From positions 49,972,001-50,036,000 of the forward strand of contig OZ260661.1 of assembly GCA_965285935.1 (NCBI GenBank): 64,000 nucleotides of DNA. The letters run 5' to 3'. The notes beneath the pieces were generated by a model. The model was not told where the DNA came from and searched no databases. It was given only the letters and a program-made list of their open reading frames with translations. The translations under genes and the position numbers were made by a program. Below are positions 37,401 through 49,400 of the stretch, piece by piece (position 1 is the first letter of the stretch; the number at the start of each line of letters is the position of its first letter). Source of the stretch: Ophelia neglecta. Taxonomy: Eukaryota.

Positions 37401-40400
37401 TAACATTGAAAGTATACAGCATGGTCCTCACATTTGTGGTCTGAATTGACAGGTGGTCTGATTAAAGGGGTGGTCTTTAAGGCAGGTTTCACTGTATATT
37501 TAATTTATCGCTCTTCCCTAGGCCATAATAAAGTGAACTAGGTCTTTGAATCATCTTTCTTATTTTATTGCTTCTAGCTCTTTTTAAACAGTATAGAAAT
37601 CAGGTAAGATGAACCCCCAAAATCAATTTTCTCCACAGTTTTTTCACAGCTGTCAAATCATGTCATATAAGAAACAGTTCACTTAGTACTAACTTAGCAA
37701 ATTATGTTCTGTGTTTGAAGGAACCTTCATGAAGCACTTAATATAACTTGTCAATAAAAGCATAGTATATAGGTGCAATACTAAATACAGGTGGAATATA
37801 TGCTTTGCAGAAACTAAGAAGCAAGATGCTACATGCATGATCACTCCCTTAGCTCTCCAATCATGTGTTTAGCTAACCAGCTTTTGGCATTCTGAAGGAT
37901 TGTGTTAGATAATACTGACATATAATAGTCATATAAATGTATATTGTAATAAAGCATATCATGCCATTTATGAAGCATAAAAGAAATGTTCAAAAAGGCA
38001 ATATTTCACAATAAGCAAGACCTCAGAAGACAACAAAATAACAACCACAGAAAAGGTACTGGTCTCCAGTCTAGATAAACAGCAAACAGGTGCAAATGTG
38101 TTTAGTAACAAAATAATTTGGAGGAATACTCAATTGCTTAAAGAATACTAAACCATGTGACTATAAGACATACCAGTAAATTCGAAAACAAAATTGGCAG
38201 TACAAGTCTTTAATATCCTTAACAATGATTCAGTGGTTACAACCCTATCTTTTTGATTTTGATTTTTCTTCTTTTCAGAACATTCAGAGTATATTAAATG
38301 TCTACATGTCAAATGAAAGGATGATATCTGGCCAAGATAAATTCACTAGTTGTAAGATTTTTACATATCATGAGAAGCAGCAGCAACTGATTGAGTACTC
38401 ATCAAAATTATCTGATGCAAGCAAGCTTTTGGAAGTAACTTTAGGATGTTTTTGATATCTCATACGAGATGTATCAGTTCAATTTACTCACGGTTAAATT
38501 TTTTAATTGCTGTTCAGAATTTCTAGATTTCAGGACTCTCTCTGTGATAGACACGCGTCGGCCGGCTTGGGGTTCAAACTCTTCTGGAATCCCTACAGTT
38601 TCTTCAAAATAAGCATTTGTACGAGCAAGTTAGTTCTGCAGTTCCATATCGCAGCAGACAAAGCAATGTTTGTACAGCAACACGAAAAAAGGGCCATTTT
38701 ACATAGAAACCTAAATTTCACACCATGCAGTGAGATATGAACAGTGCTCCTTTTGTTTTAAGGGAGTAAATTGTGGGAGTGGGGGTCTACTACTAGAGAG
38801 TTCATTATTACTATCTGAAATAAAGGAACGAGATGGGGGATATAAAGGGGTCACAGTGGAAAAAAGAAAATCTGAACTACTCTGAACTCTGATAGAAGGA
38901 CAATTAGATATGTATTATAAATATCCCACAGTGCTCATAAATGCTGTGTATTTTTGGGGAAAAAACACATGAGATATTAAATTTGCTTGGACCTATAAAA
39001 CAATAATCTATCCTAGAAAAGAAAGAAGATAAAATATTTGTCAGACATTAACTTTTCAATTCTAGCCTTTGCAATGTAATTACCTACACCAGTATGACTA
39101 TTTAGGTCAAATCAACAGTGAAAAGAAACCTACCGGTAACTTCTTCTTCATTTGCACCTTCATCTGCTACATCAATTTCTACTGGTTTTTGCTCCCCAGC
39201 TTCATCTTCTAGTTCTATACAAATTTCTGAATTTGATCCTTGCTTCTTTAACATAACATTTGGTTCGAGTTCTTCCCCAACACTGGGATTTGTGTTAAGA
39301 ACATCAGCATTAGAAGCCTTTTCAGTCTCTTGTCCTTCACTATTCATTTTGTCTTCTTCAAGTTTTTCAGTAATTGATTCTGATAAATATTCCTGATTGT
39401 TGTTGCTCAGAGTTATCATTGATTCATTTTCTTGACGTATTTCTCTTTCTTGTTCCAATTTTGTGTTTTCTTCCTGTGAGGATTGAGTGTCCTTCCCAGA
39501 GGCCTCAGGGTCTGCTTTTTGTAGGACAGTATGGTCTACATGGGGTAAGGCAACATCCACTTTGTTCTGCCGCACTAAATTTAAGATATAGAAGATTCAA
39601 GGCATGTTGCAGATTATAGCTTTTAGTCAGAATATCACTGTGTTGTGAAGCATAAAACTATTGTATTAATACGTTAAAGACCACCTACCAGGAGTTTGGG
39701 ATAAGTCGGCCTGTGATCTGGAAGCTAGGGGGGTGCTTGTTGGGGCTAATGGAGTTTGCTGTGAAGTAGAGAACAGAAACAATTTTTTTTCTTTGCATCA
39801 TCAAAGATTTGACATTGTAGTCTGCTGCAAGCGTAACAGTAAAATAATACAAGACATTATTAATATACGGCTTCAATTTTAATTGCAGCCTCAGATAATA
39901 CATGTATTTAAATGATTCTTATGGTACTTCCAGATAGTTCAGCCAAAAGCTTTGGAAGGGGCAGTGTGTCAAGCAGGAAAATAGCATGATTGATTCAGTA
40001 TCTAATCGTAGGTTCAAGACTTCAATATGCCAGGCCATGTTTGTCAGCTTTAAATTTCTCAATTTTTTTCATTGACCATCATGCTGATTTCAATTGCAGT
40101 CAAAAAAGCTGTCATTTCTACTACATCATTCAAGGCACCATGTCTTTTCCGCCATGCATGCTGATTGGGTGTGCCTATATTGCATCTTTAGAGGTATAAG
40201 CACAGAGTTAATTGTTTTCTAACATGTCATGCTTCAGTGCTTAACAGATCCTCTTATGCGTACACCATAATTTTTGCAACTTTGAAAGGGATTGTTAATG
40301 GGGGGAGTGTACAGCACATATCACTGAACACTTTTGCCTATCCCTAATACTCAGCAGGGCCCAGTCTGCTCTTTTATCAGGAGGAAGGAGGGGGGGGGGG

Positions 40401-43400
40401 GCAGTTTTCAGGCATCTCCCAATACCTTTCCTCTTGTGTGCACAAATCAGAGGGGGATGTCCACCAGGGTGTAGGGATGGCTGTCAGGCAAAAGTAGGTT
40501 AGTTAGTTTGGTATCACAGGTGACTGACAGAAGGCATCTCTGTCACACCGCAAAATGAAATATTAAGAAATACTTTAAAACTTGACAACAACAAAATTTA
40601 ATGATAATTTTAGTGGATAAATTGGATATTTTTATTCCTTGACCCAATCTAGAAGATTACACTATTTTGTTACACCCTATTCCCATTGGTTATAAGCAAA
40701 CATTGCAACTTCCTGTCCATCTTCCTGCACAATGTGGAGGAAAAATATGGAGGTGTGAAAGTGAAGATCTGTTTAAAATTTTTAAGTCAGATACTATAAA
40801 ACAGGCCCCCAATATTTAGCTTTTCTATAATAATTTCTGCATGAGACAAACTGCCAATTAACAGCCCTAGGACAATAGCCCCAGGACTTGTTCAGTCTGC
40901 TCAGATCACCATTATAAGCTAAAGTATTGCAGATTTTCTGGGCCTAGCTTTTCACTTCAGCATGCATTTATATTCAAAACAGTGCCCTCCCCTCTTTCAT
41001 AAGACTATTGTTTGGAATTCATTATTAGGTAAAGAAAAAATATCCTGGATAAGACAGCCCCTGCAATGCTATGGAAATGGGTTTAACAGGCCATATTTTG
41101 TGAGCTTTTGTGTCTCCAGTAACTGACATTTTTGTTTGCTAAACATTGACATTTTTTATTACAGTGACCCTTAGCCTTACAGGAAGGGTAGATTACAATA
41201 TAAAGGATTTCAAACTATTTGGTAATGAGTGCAATGTTTACATATTTTATCTTCAAAGATAACTACCTGGCAGGTCCAAGAAAACATTTAAAAATATCTA
41301 GAGAGTTGAATTAATTCAGAGAAAATATACTTATTCCCTATGGCTGCTATGGCATTTGCTTGAATATCTTAAACTAACACATTTTCTTGCAAAAGTTTCT
41401 GTGCTGCATGGACACTATTTACTTTAATTTCTACAGATTCTGTATATTAGTCAAGTAAATGAGGCCCAATAATAGCAGAGATGACATGGTTACATTGATT
41501 AAGATGCCACATCACAATACTTGCCACTGAACAGGTATAGTTTTGAAGCAGATACATAACAATCAAATTTTTCTTTTTGCTTATAATAACAAACAGGAGT
41601 TTGTGCTTGCAGCAGAAGTGTATCATCCATTCTTAAAACATCCAGACCCTGGAGAACTAACATTCAGATAAATCAGCTGTATCTGATGTGCTTACCTACA
41701 TAACCTGTGGCACATTTCAATGTAACAGTATAATACAGATGCATCTTATCATTATTATATTTTGATGCTGTAAGTTAACTTACCAGTACTTCTCTCCTGC
41801 GGCCACCAGATTTCTCTCTAAACAGCTGATACTGCACACTCGCAGAGGAGTTTTGCTTTCCCCTAGTAACTGACTGGGATAAATGTCCAGCTCCTGGGGA
41901 AGCTATTATAGAACTGTCTGTAACAGAAAATAAATCCTAGTATCTTATTTATATACAAAGTTAAGAAATCACAGTGCTTTACGTTAACTTGTACACCTAG
42001 AGTGTGACCAATTCAAAGGCTACTAAAATATCAAGTATTGTTGAATATGAGAGACATTTGATGCAGCATTTACGTCATACCCTTACAGTATACAATCGTT
42101 TTGTAAAAACAACAGATCTGGAAACAGGTACTTGAGAGCCACTTGAGATAACACAGAACAAATGGTTGTGTTAAGCTGCGACAGGTACAAGTTGGTATCT
42201 TCATCACTGTGTAGGCAAAACCGATGACCAAGGGTCAACTTCTCACCTGACTCAAGTTCTCTGAGATTGGTGGTGTCTGAGTTTATATCATTGTCATGTA
42301 AGATGGTTAAGGCACATATCACTTCAAATAGCAAATACTTGAAAGCACATACAATGTCAATGACAAGTAAGACTTCATACTGCTAAGAAGATTATGGCAA
42401 TGGCAAATCATTACACTTAAATAATCAAACAATTCAGAATACTAGGATTACCTACCATCCAAGGTAGAGGTTGTTAGAGATTCTAAATATCCTGTATTGT
42501 GTGAACATTGTCATTTTATCCAATATTGGTGTTTTGATGTTAACTATTGAAATATTACACTTGTGCAAAAAAAAATTTAATTGCTTTTCACACAAGTGAA
42601 CCATTTATCAATAACATTTAAAATGCATGTGACACATGTTGATACCAAGATCACATGGGCCAGGGTAGGAAACCATGTATATGTTTATATACATAAATCT
42701 ATCAATATGACCTTCAGTGGAGATTGATTAGGGGTCTGAATTAAATATCCACTAAAATCAAGTCCAGAGATGGAAAATCCTGCTCAGGATTGTGTATACT
42801 GGGTTGGCTGCTACCATATGTGTTCATTGAGGAGTTCCAGCTTATTAATTAAACTATGGTTATTTAAATTAGAAAACCAACTATGGCATTCTGGTAAAAC
42901 ACTTGGTTTCCAAAATGATCCAAGGAAATATTGAAGTCTTTGTTAAATAGAGACTTTTTAGAGGCCCATGCTTTGATAGATGGCCATGATGCCAAACACT
43001 ACATTGTGTTATTGATTCATTGTGTAATCAGTTTCTACATAAATCAAAATGGCTGAGATAAAGTATGAATACAAGCTGAAATAGCAGCTTTAGGACGTAT
43101 CATCAAGTATCCAAACCAATTAGATTATCAAGGTAACAATGAAGAGAATACCTCCTAAAAGAAGGATTTGGCAATCAATACATGTCAAAAAGTGTTATGA
43201 TACATATAATGTTCAACAACATGCATATCAATATATCAACCAGTTAGTTGTTTATTCATAGATCATTTTCACAATTAGCAACAAGGAATACATATTGCAT
43301 TGCACATGTACATAGATATACAAATAAACCAATGGAAAAAAAACCATAACACACATAAATTGAAAGCTAAAGACAAACTACTGGTTCATATTTTTTACAA

Positions 43401-46400
43401 CTAGAGAACGGTAAATTATGGCTAAGCAGAACAAAAATGATGAAAGACTAAGTGGTAGAATCAATAAATTGAAGAGATCACTAAGGAAGAAGATACTCTA
43501 AAGCATGGTAAGTTGGTTACTGAACTACATTGACTGGTAGAGCTAAGTGATAAACAGAGTGCTGAAAGAAGTCGGGACAACATGGGCTGAAAAGAAAAGA
43601 AACACACTATAGAAATGTGACTTTAATATCAGAGTTAGCTTGGGCAATTAGAATCCTGAGCAAACTAGTATCATCACATGGGCAACTAACCACAAGATGA
43701 AAACTAACGATAATGAAATAAACAAATTGTACCAGAATTTTGCAAAGAAAAAATGTTTAGTGTAATATTGAAAGCTTTAATCATAATTGCAAGTGTTATT
43801 CACAAAGAGTTGGTAAGTACATGTAATTCCATGCCCACTGCCATGGCAGGTATTGATGTAGCCATCACCTGGGATATGGATAGAGTTTGATAAAACATAG
43901 GCTAGCATTCCTGGCAAGCATCAATGATGGAAAGCCGGCTATCCCATCAATATTTACACAAGTTTTTGACTTATTTTGTTGCCCGATCCTTTGTGTCAGT
44001 TAATTCCAGAAAACCTACGTCACACATGTCAAAGTTATAAAGGGCCCTCTCAGCTGTTATCAGGTCTGCCAATTTCATGCACATCAATTGCAGTGCATAA
44101 CATTTTAAGTGCAAACCACAAGCACAATGAAGTTTTCAGGTAATGACTATAGTTACAGTTTCTATATTTCCATAACAAACAGCTCAGTCTTCTAAGGTGT
44201 AGACCTAAAAGCATTTTGACAGACCTGACAGTGGATCCAATTATCTGAATACCAGTCTAGGTAGCATTCTTACAGCATAAATGGCATAAGCAACAATTCA
44301 AGAGCACATATTTTTCAAAATAAAACCTAACTCAGTTTAACTAAACTTACCAGAATATGGATTGATATCCCTTCCAAGTAACTGCCCGTCTGTCGGTTTA
44401 TGTGGCTGGTAGCTCTTGAAGAAATATGGAGCTGGTACGTAGGGCCGGTGACTGTAGCCAGTGGCTGACGTTCTTGGCCGTGGTGTCTGGGGAGTAGGGA
44501 AGGATGCAATAATCTCTGCCTGCTTGGGGTTGCGGTAACTTCTGTAAAATAAAAAAACCTAGAATACCAGTCCAAGAAAATGTTTTACAATTGCAATTAT
44601 GCAATGGAGAAGGACAAAACACTACAGTAGAAATTTAAGATGGAGAACTTTTGATTGAATATTAATAATGTGTTCTACCAATCTACAAGAGAATAATCAA
44701 CATGACAACCCTTGAGGAGAAATCAGATTCTATTAGCTGATTGACTTTTCCTGAACAACATGTTTCCAAAAATAGTTTAGATGAATTGCAGAACAAAGGG
44801 TACATTGAACCCAATGTTCAGCTATAAGTCTGTGTTACTGATAGTGAATGTTCTTTTAAATTACCAATAAATAAAACAAGATGTCCAAAGACATGGTGCA
44901 CAGCTCCACACAGGAGGAATCCAAGATATACAGTGGTGTACACATATTCTAGCAGATGCACATACAGGCCATCAGTACAGAATGATATCTGATCATCAAC
45001 ACCAAATGAGAAATGAGAGAATCATGAAGGTAGAGAGGTTTAGCAACAGAAAATGTCCCAATGAGAAACAATGGTAGATGTATCTTTGTTAAATTTACTG
45101 ATGAAGCAGAAATTATCAAATTTATTTTTAGATATATGTATTAGCCATTAAGCCAATTGATATATGATATAAGCAATCAATATAGGATTAGATATGAATA
45201 GCAAAATTACAATACCAAGTCTGACTGTGAAGAATTTTGTCATAGTAGGCTATTAGGCTTTTTATATAGAATGGATACCTAAGGAAGAATATATGCAATG
45301 ACCATAATATTCACTACACTGGACACTTTCCCAGGTAATACCAAAATTGTGTTTCATGTTGAATATGTATTCGGCCATAAATATAACTAGACATCAAGAT
45401 AGGGCAGGCCTAGTGTCATAGCATGAAAAATACTTACTGGTAAGTCTACATTTGCATTTACATATCTATAAAAGTAAAGTGTTGGTAAAAAATAAAATTG
45501 CCGTGCAAGTCTCATCCTTCCATCTATCTACATACAGTGTTCTTCCTCTGTACCAAGTTTCGATAAAATCCATCCAACAGTGTAAAAGTAAAGAGATTAC
45601 TAGTTATAGCACTGATTGACTGCATGATAGATTGAAAAATGAGTGGGTGTATAAAAAGGAAACTGGTTCATGGCACAGAGCCATAAACATAGTATAGTGA
45701 TCACAAAATGCACATCTATGTCCCCTGGAGATCACTCGAGTGCAGTGAAATATGGTTGCAATCCATACACAAGTTTCGTAGATCTGCTCCAGAAAGGATG
45801 TTTGGATTAAAAATGCAAATTGGTTGTTAATTCTACACCAATAGGGGGGTCAAAGTGCAGCTACTCCAAATGGCACATCTAGTACAGCAGTGGAATACTC
45901 AAGTGTAATAAATAGAGCAATCTGTCCAGTGGTTTAGGAATGATGGATGGTCAGAGGGATGGTCAGACGACGCTATTCCATATCCTCTTACATACATACC
46001 GTAGCATGGGCAAAAACCTGATTAATGAAATAATACAGTGCAGCATTTAAAAAAGAAATTTAAAGTGCCTGCGGATAAGCCTTTTATAACAGTTGGCAGA
46101 TGGCAGGAACAAGTTCAGAAGACCATCAATCTGTTGAGCTCAGCTAGCTTCAGTAAGCTGAGCTAAAACACACAAAGCTACTACATCTGTGGGTACCTGC
46201 AGCTGAGATGTAACCATTTATCAACAGACTCTAAAGCAGTTTTGGAACAATTTGGGTTTTTGCAAGAAATGTACTTGTTCAAAATTCTCACCTGAGGTAC
46301 TATATACATGTAATGTTTTACGTTCTAGCAAACATTTTCATAAATAAAACCCATTTGACTGATCAAAACAAACTGCACATTTCCAGACCTTCCCTCTGTA

Positions 46401-49400
46401 TTGGCAATGCTTTTTTATAGGTGTTATTGATCCAGCAACTGGATGCAGTGACATTAATTGCAAGTTTGTTCTTTATGACCAACATGTAGGTTTAAAACTA
46501 TGTGGACTAAAACTTTAGGGTTGTGCATTTTATTAACTTGAAGGAAAATAAATCAACTGATACTAATTAATGATTTTCATATAATGCAAGATTTGGGAAA
46601 TGAGGGGATCAAAAGCAACATTAAATATGTAGTCTTTTCACAAATTAAATTTATATATTGTACCTGCCTTAAACCTGCCTTAAAGACCACCTCTATAATC
46701 AGACCACCTGCCAATTCAGACCACTTATATGAGGACCATGCTGTATGCTTTCATCTATAACCTGTGTAAACAGACCACCTCTGAAATCAGACCAGTATTT
46801 TCCAGTCTCTTTGGTGGTCTTAATTCCCAGGTTTCACTGTATAAGAATTCAGCACATGAAATGATGAGCTGAGTACAGATCAGGTATCAAACTGGACACC
46901 TAAAAAATGTTGCCAAGACTAAGCTACTGTTCATGGCTGACTACACGGCTTGTTCTTCACCAGGAATGGCTGTTGAAAAGCATAATGCTTAATTAAACAT
47001 GCTGATCAATCACAAATCCTGAAAAAGTAACTTTTTGTTTGCAATGCCAATTCCAATTAAACAGCCTGTCACTTTTGTGAATGGAGTGGCAATCAGTTCT
47101 CGGCACTACAATCGCAGCCAAATCATTGTGTCACCTCACCTTCAATAATTAAACTGTGCGTGACTCAATTTAATCAATGCACTGATTGGTTATCCTTTTT
47201 TACCATTACCAACAAGGAATACTACCGAAAAAACTCATTGTAATTTTAAGTTAAACAACCTAAAAATACAGTGATTCTGGGAAGAGAAACACTTAAATAA
47301 AAAATGTACAAGCCTTCTAATACCATTGTGATACAAGTATGCATCATGACCCATATCATGGCTTCACTCCACCATTCATATACACTCAGTGTTATAAAGG
47401 TGAAAGTTCTGACAGTCAAACTGACAAGTATGTTGACCCAATAGCTTCAATACCCAAGTTTTGAAGCACATAGTGGCTAGTCTTATAATACTGTTAGAGT
47501 AATGTGTTTGTCTATGCTACTCGCTGCAGTACATTCAACCTATACATAACACCTATATTTGAAACTGTGTGTGTCCAGGCAACCAGCTTTCAGTTTCACA
47601 GACCCCTGCCGCTGTGTCTGCAATACCCGCGAAGTGTATAAAACATCTCTCCAGCCAATACCCTGGGCTTCTTTCTGCTAGGTATATATAAAGGGGGTAG
47701 TCATTTACTATGGGATCAGAAGCCAATCCTTGCACTGTATTCTGTGAAAATTTTATACCCCCCCCCCCCATCAAAAACCACATAAATTTTTACCCCCCAT
47801 CCCTGTCCCTTCTCCCACACCACCAAGGCGTGGCAGGGTGGTTTGGGTGCCCATCTCGCAAGTGTTAGATTGGGGATCAAGTCCAGATCATGTCTAACCC
47901 AAGACGTTAAAAAAGGTACTGATAGCTCCCCTGCCAATCACCCGGGATTTCGGGGGGTAGTATCAGGACTGGTCAACCTGGTGTCAGTATAATTGTGACT
48001 TGGTGGGGTTCCCTGTCTGGTGTCTACGGCAGGTACTCCAGTGAGGCACCACTATAAAGATGGCATTGAGCCAACTGTCACAAGTAGGCACTGTGGGGAC
48101 ATGACCGATAAGTGTTGAAAGCCATGTAAAACCCCAAACAACCAACCAACCAACCCTCTGCCACATGTTTAAATCACATTTATTTGTTGTTGAAAAAAAA
48201 CCTTCCCCCCCCCTCCCCCCTCTGTACATCAAATGAACTAGTGCCGAAAGACACTGCTGAAGTATAAATAGTAACAGCATTTTCAATAAAAACTTCAAAG
48301 GTAATTAGAAAGTGGTTGTTACATTGAAGAAAAATGAATACAAATAACTATAAGCTTTTTCTTCACATTTTTTTCAACTTATGTAAAATAATTTACTTAT
48401 GATGGCATTTGTTTTATTTACCTCCCTCCCCCCCCCCCATAGGAGGGTGTTATAATTTTGGGATAACCCCCCTCCCCCCAACACACACACACATATCTGA
48501 TAGTGTGTCTTCTACCACATCCAAGGATTTGCACCCCCCCCCCTTCATAGTAAATGACCAACCCTAAGTTCCCATAGAGGGAAAACTAGTTGCCAGGCTC
48601 CCTGAGCATTCACCTTGTCATCTACTGAGGTAAACCCTCTTATTCCTCATGCAGGCATTTTTTCACTTATTCTGTGAAAATATTATATAGTGTGTAAAGC
48701 ATGGAATGCACTCACTGCTTGAGGACTGCTTCAAACTATTTTGCATAAAATACAGATATTATGTGTATGTATATAATATTAGTTACCCTGGTACCATGTT
48801 ACACCTTAGGTTGAAGTCAGGGTGTCTGACACAAAGCACATGCACTCCTGTCAAGTGCACAATGCATTCCTGAGGGGTATGTATGTACATCTATAAATAT
48901 GAAGGTAGTAATGCTTATTCTAGATCATTATCTGACCTTGTTTATGGACATCAAAGTTAAATTCTATCATAATGTGTTGCATGAATTAACTGTATATTTT
49001 TATTTATACTTATGCCCATAAATATTTCTAAATTCTATATGTAAAATAAAGTCAGAATAAAGAAGGACTACAATACCAAAGGCCAAATTTGATGTACATG
49101 TAACTATCAGCTTTGCAATTTTAAATTCCCAATAAGCTCACTATTCACAGTTTAGCTCTATGTATCAAGATTAAGAAGGTGATTCACATATATGACACAT
49201 TTCATTGTTGTTATTGCAAACAAATATAGAACACATTTTTATTGTTGTTAAGGCAATCAAACATCAGTTTAACCAAAAGTTGAAAAGCACTTAAGGCACA
49301 TAATTCTGGTGATTTATTAAACAAGAAACTCTGTGTTATTTGACACAATAGTTTTGTTGTATCACTCAAATACATTTCCAATTACAATGGCAGCAAGACA

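Noticed and set aside
37077-37449. Overlapping ~100-aa ORFs on both strands
   Set aside because: They partly run through a MITE and have no phase-compatible splice sites or homology.
47067-47080. TCACTTTTGTGA resembling a miR-153 arm
   Set aside because: No complementary arm, and the seed region differs.
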